Shown piece after piece: positions 39,425-50,100 of a stretch of DNA of 64,000 nucleotides. Positions within the stretch are counted from its first letter, which is position 1. Every line of letters starts with the position of its first letter. The translations under genes and the position numbers were made by a program. A model generated the notes under the pieces. That model was not told where the DNA came from. It saw only the letters and a list, made by a program, of their open reading frames with translations, and searched no databases. Source of the stretch: an uncultured bacterium (GTDB lineage: Bacteria; Patescibacteriota; Minisyncoccia; UBA6257; 2-01-FULL-56-20); assembly GCA_963696395.1 (NCBI GenBank), contig CAVOJZ010000002.1:848619-912618 (forward strand), written 5' to 3'.

Positions 39425-39826
39425 ATGAATCAACCGCCGTCATTTGAACAAAAGATTGAATCCGACATGCACCAGCTCGCCGCCGAGATTCAGCGCAACC
39501 GGGAGCATCCGGAATTTCGGCATGAAGGCGAGCGAGCGCTCGTAAAAGAATCCCTGCGAACGTTTCCGCAGGCAGACGCAGGAAGCCCCTTCACGCCTTC
39601 ACCGAACAGTTCAGCGACACACGGACCACTGCCCGCGTACGTCGACGGATCATCGCCCGAGGTAAAGCTTGAAATTGAATATCTCTTGGATGTGGCGCTG
39701 AAGCACGGAATCAGTAAAGCGCTCGCAGAATCCCAAAAATCACCTTATTTTGTGCAGGATGCATTTCATGACGCACTTGCGGGAACGCTCTATCCGGAGC
39801 TGCAGAAGCGGGGGATTGTGAAATGA
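39425..39826 (+). CDS. Hypothetical protein
   Basis: LL.VAL.HGI.KA.....PYFV.DAFHDAL..LY..L motif; operonic with the downstream ATPase. Confidence 0.7.
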   Translation: MNQPPSFEQKIESDMHQLAAEIQRNREHPEFRHEGERALVKESLRTFPQADAGSPFTPSPNSSATHGPLPAYVDGSSPEVKLEIEYLLDVALKHGISKALAESQKSPYFVQDAFHDALAGTLYPELQKRGIVK

Positions 39827-39833
39827 TCTTCCA

Positions 39834-42227
39834 ATGGCATTTTCTATATTCTTTTCCATCACGATCGGGACCGTCGCGGGCATAGCCGTTTATTTTATAC
39901 TTCGTTCGATCACGCGCCGGGCAATATCCGCATCGCTTGCGACCTCAATTTTTTTGATCAAAATTCCGCATGCGGGGCAGGCCGGAGCGGCTGCCGGGTC
40001 GGGCAATTCAGAGCACGCCGATTTTAAAGCCGAACTCGCACATTTTGAACAATTGCTCGGAAGCCTGGCGTCGATCAAAAAACCCGTTATATTCGAACTC
40101 GCTGTTCCGCACGTCGGCGAAGAAATCCATTTTTATCTCGGCGTTCCCAAACTTTCCGCCGAAACGGCGGCAAAACAAATCCAGGGATTATGGAGCGGCG
40201 CAAGCGTTCAGCTCGTGCAGGACGATTTTAATATTTTCAACGTCAACGGTTCTACTGCCGTCGCGGTCATCACCCAAAAAGAAAATTTTGCATTGCCCAT
40301 CAAAACCTATGCTGAACTCGGCGTTGACACCTTCGAATCAATTATCGGCGCGTTTTCAAAAGTGAACGAGGTCGGAGAAGGCGTGGCGATGCAGATGATT
40401 ATGATGCCGGCATCAAGCAATATGAAAAAGACCGTGCAGGGCTATATTAATCTTTTGAAGAAAGGCGAATCTCCCAAAAAAGTTCTGGGCAAAGGCCTTT
40501 CGGTGAGCACGTCCGACGTGATCGAGGTTTTCAACCCGAAGACCAAAGAAGAGAAGCAGGAAGAAAAAGTGGTGGACGAGGAAGCCATCAAGGCACTCCA
40601 AATGAAAGTCGCGAAACCTCTTTTCAGTGTGAATGTGCGTCTTGTGGCATCTGCCGGTTCGCCTTTTCAGGCGAACGACATCGTTGATGGTTTGGCTGCG
40701 GGCTTCAATCAATTTGGCAGCCCGATGAGAAACGAATTCAAAGTGGTAAAGCAAAGGAATCCAAAGGGCCTTATCAATAAATTTATATATCGCTTATTCG
40801 ATCCGGGAACCGCCATGACGTTATCTGCCGAAGAGATCGCAAGTTTTTATCACTTGCCGATTGCTTCTACCGAAACGCCGCATGTGAAATGGCTGAAATC
40901 AAAAGAAGCCCCGGCGCCGGATAATGTTCCCCGAAGCGGCCTCGAGATCGGGGAGAGCGTCTATCGCGGACAAACAAAGCCGATCTATATCACGGACGAT
41001 GATCGCCGCCGGCACATCTACGTTATCGGGCAGACCGGCACCGGCAAATCAACGCTTCTTGGCAATATGATTTTGGAAGATATTAAGGCCGGGAAAGGGG
41101 TTGCGATAATTGATCCGCACGGCGATCTCGTTGAAAATGCGCTTGGCTTTGTTCCGCGCGAACGCCTTGATGACGTGATTTATTTCAATCCCGGAGACCT
41201 TGAGCGCCCGCTTGGCCTTAATATGCTCGATTTCAATTACGATCGCCCTGAAGAGAAGACGTTTATTGTGAACGAAATGCAGAGCATTTTTAACAAGCTT
41301 TTCAGTCAGGAAACGATGGGGCCGATGTTCGAGCAATATATGCGGAATGCACTTTTGCTCCTCATGGAAGACATGCCAAACGAGCCGGCAACGCTTGTTG
41401 AGGTGCCGCGCATTTTCACTGACAGCGCCTATCGCATGCGAAAGCTCGCGCGCATTCATAATCCGGTGGTCATCGACTTCTGGGAAAAAGAAGCCGTGAA
41501 GGCCGGCGGCGAGGCATCGCTCGCCAATATGACGCCGTATATCACTTCAAAGTTCAATAATTTCATTTCGAACGATTATATGCGTCCAATCATCGGTCAA
41601 GCAAAATCGGCATTCAATTTCCGGGAGGTTATGGATAGCGGCAAAATTCTGCTCATCAATCTTGCCAAAGGGCGCATCGGTGATATTAACGCGAATTTAC
41701 TCGGCATGGTCTTTACCGGAAAGATCCTGATGGCTGCGTTATCGCGTGTTGATGTTGCGGACGCCGAGAAACGCCGCGACTTTAACCTTTATATAGATGA
41801 ATTCCAGAACTTTACGACCGATTCGATCGCGACCATTCTTTCCGAAGCCAGGAAGTACAGACTGAACCTCACCATGGCACATCAATTCATTGCCCAACTT
41901 GAAGAAAAAATAAAAAACGCCGTATTCGGAAACGTCGGTTCGGAAATTGTATTCCGCGTCGGTGTTCAGGACGCAGAATTTCTCACCAAACAATTCGAGC
42001 CGGTTTTCGATCAAAACGATCTTTTGAATATAGACAATCTGAATGCCTATGCCAAAATCCTGATTAACGGCCAGACGTCAAAACCCTTCAATATTCATAT
42101 CGGGACAGCCTCCTGGAATGGCGGCGATAAGGCGCTTGCGGCGAAACTAAAGGAGTATTCACGAACCAAATATGGCATGGATCGGCAGGCCATTGAAGGA
42201 GACATCTATAAACGTTTAAGAGAATGA
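39834..42227 (+). CDS. TraD/VirD4 (HerA/FtsK superfamily) ATPase with N-terminal TM
   Basis: DRRRHIYVIGQTGTGKST, IIDPHGDL, LYIDEFQNF, SEARKYRL, AHQ. Confidence 0.88.
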   Translation: MAFSIFFSITIGTVAGIAVYFILRSITRRAISASLATSIFLIKIPHAGQAGAAAGSGNSEHADFKAELAHFEQLLGSLASIKKPVIFELAVPHVGEEIHFYLGVPKLSAETAAKQIQGLWSGASVQLVQDDFNIFNVNGSTAVAVITQKENFALPIKTYAELGVDTFESIIGAFSKVNEVGEGVAMQMIMMPASSNMKKTVQGYINLLKKGESPKKVLGKGLSVSTSDVIEVFNPKTKEEKQEEKVVDEEAIKALQMKVAKPLFSVNVRLVASAGSPFQANDIVDGLAAGFNQFGSPMRNEFKVVKQRNPKGLINKFIYRLFDPGTAMTLSAEEIASFYHLPIASTETPHVKWLKSKEAPAPDNVPRSGLEIGESVYRGQTKPIYITDDDRRRHIYVIGQTGTGKSTLLGNMILEDIKAGKGVAIIDPHGDLVENALGFVPRERLDDVIYFNPGDLERPLGLNMLDFNYDRPEEKTFIVNEMQSIFNKLFSQETMGPMFEQYMRNALLLLMEDMPNEPATLVEVPRIFTDSAYRMRKLARIHNPVVIDFWEKEAVKAGGEASLANMTPYITSKFNNFISNDYMRPIIGQAKSAFNFREVMDSGKILLINLAKGRIGDINANLLGMVFTGKILMAALSRVDVADAEKRRDFNLYIDEFQNFTTDSIATILSEARKYRLNLTMAHQFIAQLEEKIKNAVFGNVGSEIVFRVGVQDAEFLTKQFEPVFDQNDLLNIDNLNAYAKILINGQTSKPFNIHIGTASWNGGDKALAAKLKEYSRTKYGMDRQAIEGDIYKRLRE

Positions 42228-43342
42228 TCAAATATCTCAGGACGACCAACCCCAAAAAACTTCACGGAACCGCACTTTTGCGGCTCGATTTTAACACCGA
42301 GGATGACTGGCGCATGCAGGCCGTATTGCCAACCATACAATTTCTATTGAAACACGCCGATAAGATTGTAATCGTGAGCCATAAAGGGCGTCCCGACGGA
42401 TTCGATGAAAAATTCAGCCTTCGGAGGAACGCAACACATTTATCTAAGCTCATCGGCCAGAAAGTACAATTTATCGATTATTTCAGGTTTGCCGTCATTC
42501 AGCGCCTGGTCGCTGACGCACCCCGGGGATCCGTTTTCCTCCTCGAAAACCTCCGTTTTTTAAAGCAAGAAGAAAATAACGACCCCGAGTTAGCCCATGA
42601 GCTTGCTCTACTCGCCGATTTTTATGTGAACGATGCTTTTGCCGTGTCCCATCGCGCCAATACATCGGTCGTTGCCGTCACGAAGCTTTTGCCAAGTTAC
42701 GCGGGGTTTGAGCTTGAGCACGAAATTAAATCCTTATCACGGGCCATGGTTCGGCCCAGGCATCCGTTGGTCATGATTCTCGGCGGTGCCAAAGCCGAAG
42801 ACAAGCTTGGCATAATTACTTTCTTTGAAAACAAGGCAGATTGGTTTTTACTCGGCGGCGGTCCTGCGAATACGCTGCTTGCCATGGGAGGCACGGACAT
42901 CAAAAAATCGATCCGGGACACCGCGAAAGAAAGCCTTGCGGTGCTTGAGCGGTTGATGAGTTCAAAAAAAACTGCCGGCAGGATTTTAGTGCCATCCGAC
43001 CTTGTATGGAACGATAATGCGATTTTGGACTTTGGTCCGAAGACGGCAAAACTATTTTCCGCAAAAATAGCGCAGGCGAAAACCATTGTATGGAGCGGGC
43101 CTCTCGGCTTTATCGAAAAAAAGAAATTTGCAAAAGGCAGCATTGCAGTTTCCCGAGCGATCGTAAAAAACAGACACGCGTTCTCGATTACCGGCGGCGG
43201 AGAGACGGTGATGTTTTTAAGAAAATATAAATTCGATAAAAAATTCAGTTTTATTTCAACCGGCGGCGGCGCCATGCTCGATTTCCTCGCCGGGAAAAAA
43301 CTTCCCGGTATCGTAGCTTTGGAATCCGCGCGGCGGAAATAA
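42224..43342 (+). CDS. pgk: Phosphoglycerate kinase
   Basis: RLDFN, SHKGRP, LENLRF, VNDAF..SHR, GGAK, ISTGGGA.L.FL.G. Confidence 0.95.
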   Translation: MIKYLRTTNPKKLHGTALLRLDFNTEDDWRMQAVLPTIQFLLKHADKIVIVSHKGRPDGFDEKFSLRRNATHLSKLIGQKVQFIDYFRFAVIQRLVADAPRGSVFLLENLRFLKQEENNDPELAHELALLADFYVNDAFAVSHRANTSVVAVTKLLPSYAGFELEHEIKSLSRAMVRPRHPLVMILGGAKAEDKLGIITFFENKADWFLLGGGPANTLLAMGGTDIKKSIRDTAKESLAVLERLMSSKKTAGRILVPSDLVWNDNAILDFGPKTAKLFSAKIAQAKTIVWSGPLGFIEKKKFAKGSIAVSRAIVKNRHAFSITGGGETVMFLRKYKFDKKFSFISTGGGAMLDFLAGKKLPGIVALESARRK

Positions 43343-43346
43343 AAAT

Positions 43347-43919
43347 ATGAAGGGAAAGCAAACGCTGATCGTGCTCGAGTTGTTGGCAGTGCAGCCGACG
43401 GGTTCGTACGATCTTTTGCAAAAATTATTCGAAGCCGAATATGAGACGACCTACCGGCGTGAAGTAAAAGAACGAGGACGTGTTCTTGCCGTAAAGCTGA
43501 TGCGCTCCCGGTATCACAATTTTCTTTATAAGTTAATGCGCGATGGACTTATCGTTCAGAAAGAAGAAGGCGCCGGGAAGCATTTTGCCATTTCAAAAAA
43601 AGGCCAATCAAAACTCCTATCATTGCGGGGCAGGGGAACACTTCCCGATAAGAAAAATTATCCGAAAGAGGATGGAGCCGGTTTTACGGTGGTGACGTTT
43701 GATATACCCGAAGCTGATCGGAAAAAAAGGGATTGGTTGCGAAGCGTTTTAAAGCATTTGGGATTTACGATGGTGCATAAGAGCGTGTGGCTGGGGAAAA
43801 CTCGCATACCGATTCATCTTCTGCGCGATCTGCAGACACTCAATCTTTTTGAGCATATGGAGGTATTCCAGGTGTCAAAACTCGGAAATCTCAAAAAATT
43901 TTCAGCGTCGAAGGCTTAA
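43347..43919 (+). CDS. PaaX-like transcriptional regulator (wHTH plus Cas2-like domain)
   Basis: L.RDGLI..I.KKG wHTH; VVTFDIPE..RKKRDWLR..L..LGF....KSVW. Confidence 0.75.
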   Translation: MKGKQTLIVLELLAVQPTGSYDLLQKLFEAEYETTYRREVKERGRVLAVKLMRSRYHNFLYKLMRDGLIVQKEEGAGKHFAISKKGQSKLLSLRGRGTLPDKKNYPKEDGAGFTVVTFDIPEADRKKRDWLRSVLKHLGFTMVHKSVWLGKTRIPIHLLRDLQTLNLFEHMEVFQVSKLGNLKKFSASKA

Positions 43920-44155
43920 GCTGTTTTAGTGCTGCGGCCGGGAATTCATATAGATAAGAGCGAATCCATTCTTCCGTTCGTGGCAACGGATAATTGACGA
44001 TGTTTTTGAAAAGAGACGACAGGCTTGTTGTCGTTTGTTAAAAAAAACGATTCGCATTTTATCATCCGAAAAACGGCAATCGGCTCCTTATGGTTCTGGA
44101 CAATAATAATCTTGCTGGTATTGCAAATCTCCGTGCTAAAATTTAACTAAAGAGT

Positions 44156-47100
44156 ATGAAAAGACGCCGCGGTTTCCAGAAAACTATTTCGATCGGGGTC
44201 GCCATTTTTTCGGTTCTGATTTTTTTAGCAACTAATTTTGATGTTGCGAATGCACTCACTTACACATTTTCACAAAGCAACTGGAGTGGCGGGGTGAATG
44301 GAGGAACCTTACAATCTCCGACGACAAGTTCAACCCAGTATGCTTCGGTAAGCAATGTGATCGCGGGAACGAATACTATTACGCTCGCAACATCTTCACT
44401 TTCGATTACGCAAACATCCGACGCGGATTTTAATGCAGGGACATTTGCGAGCACCACCGAAACTGGAGTCGCCGCATCGGGAAGCGTTATATTAGTGGCG
44501 GCGCCAGCGGCAACGACTACGCTGGTATATTCCTATACGGGCGCGACATCAACCTTTACGGTTCCGACCGGTGTGACGAGTATCACGATTCACGCCGTGG
44601 GCGCTGGCGGAGAAAATGGTTATGCGTCAGGTGGCGCTGGCGGATCGAGTACGGGAACTTTGGCGGTGACTCCTGGTCAGATATTTTACATCGTTGTCGG
44701 TGGCACTGGCGTTGCTTCCAGTAGTGGAAATTATATCGGAGGGTACGGCGGCGGAGGCAGTGGTTTTGGCGGCGCAGGCGACGGCGGTGGCGGTGGTATG
44801 ACCTGGTTTGGAGCATCGAGCACAATCGGCACGTCAACGTCAACATCCCAGGTCATATTGGTAGCCGGCGGCGGCGGAGGCAGCGGGGAAAATTCCCTTT
44901 ATAGTGGCGCCGCAGGCGGCGGTAGTAGTGGTGCCGCTGCTGGTACTGGCGGCGGTGGTGGCACCCAGGTCGCCGGAGGCGCCGCAGGTGCTGGCGGAGG
45001 CGATAGCGCAGGTTCTTTCGGACAGGGTGGCAACTCTCCACCGGCTGCTGGCCAGGGTGGTGGTGGTGGTGGTGGCTATTTCGGGGGCGGCGGCGGCAGT
45101 TGTAATTCGGGCTGTAGTAATAGTGCCGGCGGCGGCGGATCCGGCTTTATAAAAAACACGCTTACGAATGCAACGACGACTCTCGGAACTGGTGCGGCGT
45201 CCTCCACGAATGGATCGCTTACCATTACCTATGGACCAGCTCGCGTCACTTCGTATTCCTATACGGGCGCGACATCAACTTTTACGGTTCCGACCGGTGT
45301 GACGAGCATCACGATTCACGCCGTGGGCGCAACCGTAGCCGCTTCCGCTAGCGAAGGGGGCGCGAGTACAGGTACTCTCGCGGTAACTCCGGGACAAACA
45401 TACTATATTGTTGTTGGTGGGCAGAATTCGGGGGCCAACGGGGGATATGGGGGAGGCGGAACCGGTGCTATCAATGGCGGGGCGGGAATGACCTGGTTCG
45501 GGGCGTCGAGTACGATTGGCACATCAACATCCACATCACAGGTCATATTGGTCGCCGGCGGTGGTGGTAGCGACGGTGTTGGTGGTGGCGCCAACGGTGG
45601 TAGCGAGGGTTCCGGCGGCGGTGGCGGCGGCGGTACTCAGTTAGCCGGTGGCGCTGGCGGCATTGATGAATCCGATGGCAATCCGGGATCTTTCGGCCGA
45701 GGCGGCAGTGAGTCAGGCAACGGCGGCGGCGATGGCGGCGGCGGCGGATACTTTGGCGGCGGACAGGGCGGATATTACGAAGATGGAGGTACAAGCGATG
45801 CCGGCGGCGGCGGATCCGGCTTTATAAAAAACACGCTTACGAATGCAACGACGACTCAGGGAATTATCGGTCCCTCCGGGAACGGTTCTTTGAGCGTCAC
45901 CGATATTCCGCCGGGTCTTTACGTTGCCTCGGGCACATTCGTTTCTTCAGCAATCAATGCCACCAATTTTTCATGGGGAACGATCTCTTGGGTGAATAGC
46001 GGCTCGGCGTCAACGACGATCACCATGCAGGCGCGTTCGGCGGCTACGAGTGCGGGATTGTCCGCAAAGGCGTGGGGAAGTTGCGCTGCAATCACAAGCG
46101 GCGGATTGCTCACAAGTGGGAACTGCGTGACGAACGGAGATTCATATATCCAATACCAGGCAACGCTTTCCACGGCAAGTTCGACGCAAAGCCCATCTCT
46201 TGATAGCGTGACTATGACCTATGTAGGATACGTCGCTTCCGGAACACTCGTTTCGCAACCATTCAACACTGGTGATCCAACCGACGCAATTGGTGAGCTT
46301 GATTGGACCGAAGCAACATCGACTGGTGCGGGTGTCACGGTGTCGCTACGCTCGGCTTCAACCTCCGCAGGACTTTCGTCAGCGAGTTGGCAGAATTTCA
46401 CCGATCAGACTCCGGGAGCGACAAATGTCGCCGTAACGTCTTCTATTTACACACACACCACTCAAGGAGAACAGACAAACGACGGTAGTAACTGCAATGA
46501 TGAAATAGGCACACAATTCAACACCTCACAAAATGGAAGTATCACTGCGATTCAGTTCTATAAAGATCCAAATGACACCATTACTCATATTGGAAACATC
46601 TGGGATGCTTCCACGACGGCGCTTCTTGCCTCCACTACCTTTATCAATGAATCTGCTTCTGGGTGGCAGACGCAAAATCTAGCATCGCCCCTTTCCGTTA
46701 CTGCCGGAAAACAGTACATCGTTTCCTATGGATCTAAAGTGTGCCCTTCAACTGCGTCAGGCGTATTACCCCTGACAAATGGCCCGCTGACACTTCCCGT
46801 AAGTGCGCACGCGTACTATGCTGGGCTTAATAAACTTGACGCTTTTCCAAACACACACGAAATCAATGGCATATATGATTTGACCGATGTCGTCTTTTCT
46901 TATCAGGTTGCATCAAATGTCACCGTCCCCAACGCCGTCATTCCCTCAGCTTTAGAGTCCAACTCTCAATACTGGCAATATATGGTGACTGAAAGTTCGA
47001 CGGGTGCTTCAACTCCGACCGTTTCGAATGTGACGGTAAAATATGTTATCAATGCTCCGCCACAATTTAACACGGCAATTGGTGGCGGGACTGGCGTTGC

Positions 47101-50100
47101 CGTGAGCGAATTGAATGGCACCTCATCCAATCCGGGCCTGGTTCAATTCCAATTTTCCGCTCTTGATCCTGATGCAGATAGTGATGGTGCCTCCGGTGGG
47201 CACGCCACGTCTACGGTCACGCCAAGCTATCAATATTCGCTGAATGGCGGCGCAACATGGAATACGATGAACACGTTTATCACGCCAAATGCGACATCGG
47301 ATATTGTCATGGCAACAAACACATATTCACCGACGTCCACTATTGTTTGGAACGCGGCGGCTGACGTGGGATCTCAATATACCGGCAATGCAGAAATCGC
47401 GGTCACGTTAAATGACCACCAGTTGGCAAACAATACGGCAACGGCGACGAGCACGGCCTTCGTGCTCGATACAAAAGCTCCCGTTATTAATTCGCTGACC
47501 ATGGATGCGAGTCAGGGGACGATTAACTATAATTTCGCGGATAATTCAAGTTTTTCGTATCGATTGTCGGCATCTCCATTCGCGACGTCCACGCCGACGT
47601 CGTCACTGCCCTTCGTCGCAGTTAACGGAAATGCGACGAGTGTTTCAAATTATGCATTCAATTTCATTGCAACAAGCAGTCCGGTGATATCCATTGAAGT
47701 CGAAGACATCTATGGAAATGATGCGTATCAAACGTTTACCGGTCCCGTCGAACCGACAGGGCTTGCTGTTAAGGACATTTCGAACCGGCAGACAGGGGTT
47801 TTCGGCGTTTATCTTTCTTGGGCAACGAGCACTATTGGAAGTTTCAAACAGTACGATATTTTCCGTTCCACGGGTGGTTCTTTTTCGCAAATTGCGACCA
47901 ACGTCAGTGTGGGTAGTACAACCTACGCCGATTACGGACTTTCGTCGTCGACGGCCTATTACTATAAAATCAGGGTAGAGGATACCAACGGCAATATTTC
48001 TGCGTTTACGCCACAATTTTTTATCACGCCGACCGGAAGTGGCGGTGGTCCGGCGATTTCATCCGTGTCGGCTAATCCGGGCGACACAAACGCAATCGTT
48101 AACTGGAATACGAATATTTTACCTGCGTCATCGTACGTGTATTATTCAACATCGCCGGTGATGGCCGCGCCCGTTTCGATTGTTGCCGCTGTCGCAACAT
48201 CAGGGCCGCCATTTGTGAATACCGCGAATCTCATCAATCTTACGCCGTCATCAACATACTATTACTATGTGCAGTCAACCGATTCTCAAGGAAATACCAC
48301 AATCGATAATAACAGTGGAAATTATTATTCATTCAAAGCCACTAACTCTCAGCCGCCTGTCATCAGCAATATCCAGATTACACCAACGCAGAACGCAGCC
48401 GACATTCGTTGGCAGACCAGCAAACCCAGCAATTCGGCGGTTTATTTTGGGACTTCTTCCGGGCAGGAAACAACCTCGGTTAGCAGTACTGTTTCTTTAA
48501 CTACGACACCGGAAGTTTTGTTAACCGGTCTCCAGGCGTCCACCACTTACTACTATTACCTTTATTCCGCCGATTCGTTGAACCATGTGGCAACAACCAC
48601 CGAATCGTTCTTCTCGACCTCGCAATTCGCGCCGATCATTTCCGGTGTGACGAATGCTGCTGTGACAACAAGTACGGTCACAGTCACTTGGACAACCGAC
48701 AAATCTTCAAATTCGTTCATCTTTTATTCTGCGACAACAACGCCGAGTTCTTTTGTTGGCGTTGCGGGCAATAGCACAACCACAGCTCATACGGTGACGG
48801 CTACCGGTCTTACGCCGACCACCACCTACTATTATTACGTGCAGTCGACGGATCCGTCGGGCGACATCGGCACCGACAACAATAACGGCATGTATTATAC
48901 GGTCAAGACCGCGCTCGACACTTCACCGCCCACAATTTCCGGAATTCAGACCCCGTCCCTTGGCCAGACGGTGGCAACGGTGACCTGGGATACCAACAAG
49001 CCGGCAAGCTCGCAGGTCTTTTACGGCACCTCGAGCGTGGCTTATGCATTTTCGTCGCCGATGGACGGAACGCTTCTTACGGCGCATTCTGTGTCTTTGA
49101 GTAACTTGGCGGCTGCGACGCCATACTACTTTATGGTGCGTTCAACGGATCAGTACGGCAATAGCGCAACATCAACCCAGCAAACATTCACAACCCTCAC
49201 GTTGCCCGGCCCGCAGATTACGAGTGTCACCGTGGCTTCAACTTCCGACTTTGGCGCCACGGTTGCATGGACGACAAATACCAATTCCGATTCTCACGTT
49301 TATTACTCCACGAGCACGAACTCTTTTGCCAATTCCGCCGGTAGCGCTCAGCTCGTCGGGGGAATAGCTCCCTTCGCACATTCGGTATCGCTTACCGGCT
49401 TAACGCCTTCGACCACCTACTATTTCTACGTTCAGTCAACGGATGTGAACAATAATACGTCGATTGATAAAAATGGCGGCGTCTATTATTCACTCGCGAC
49501 CACTAATAACGCAAATCCGACCATTTCAAATATCGCGGCATCCTCGCTTACGGCTTCTTCGTCGATTATCACCTGGTCGACCGACAAATTATCCAACTCG
49601 CAGGTTCTCTACGGAACCACATCCGGAAGCTATCCGTCGTCAACGATCATCCAGGATAATAATCCCCGCGTCACCGCGCACTCGGTGGCGATAACCGGAC
49701 TTGCGGCAAATACGGAATATTACTACGTCGTTCGATCGACAGATTCCGCCGGCAATTCCTCCCAATCTGCCGAACAAAACTTTACAACCGTAACGCCGGC
49801 CGGCCCGCAGATTTCTTCCGTTGTTGCGGCATCCACGAGCGACTTCGGCGCGACGATAACCTGGATTACGAACACCAATTCGGATTCTCATGTCTATTAT
49901 TCAGATAGTACGTCAACCTTTACGCTTTCCTCGGGTAGTGGGAGTTTGGTCGGCGGCACGCCGCCGTATCAGCATTCGGTAACGATATCCGGACTCTCGC
50001 CTTCGAGCACCTATTACTTCTATGTCCAATCGGTTGATGCCTATAACAATTCTTCAATCGATAAGAATGGGGGATCCTATTATTCATTCTTCACGACGAA

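Noticed and set aside
39834-42227. Conjugative element or ICE
   Set aside because: No relaxase, VirB4 cluster, integrase or att sites; the gene is flanked by housekeeping genes
43347-43919. Cas2-like FDIPE motif suggesting CRISPR-Cas
   Set aside because: It is fused to a wHTH as in the PaaX-like proteins common in CPR; there is no cas1, effector gene or repeat-spacer array in the window
43920-44155. Intergenic hairpin ACGACA...TGTCGT as a riboswitch or operator for the giant gene
   Set aside because: Short single stem with no recognisable riboswitch consensus; insufficient support
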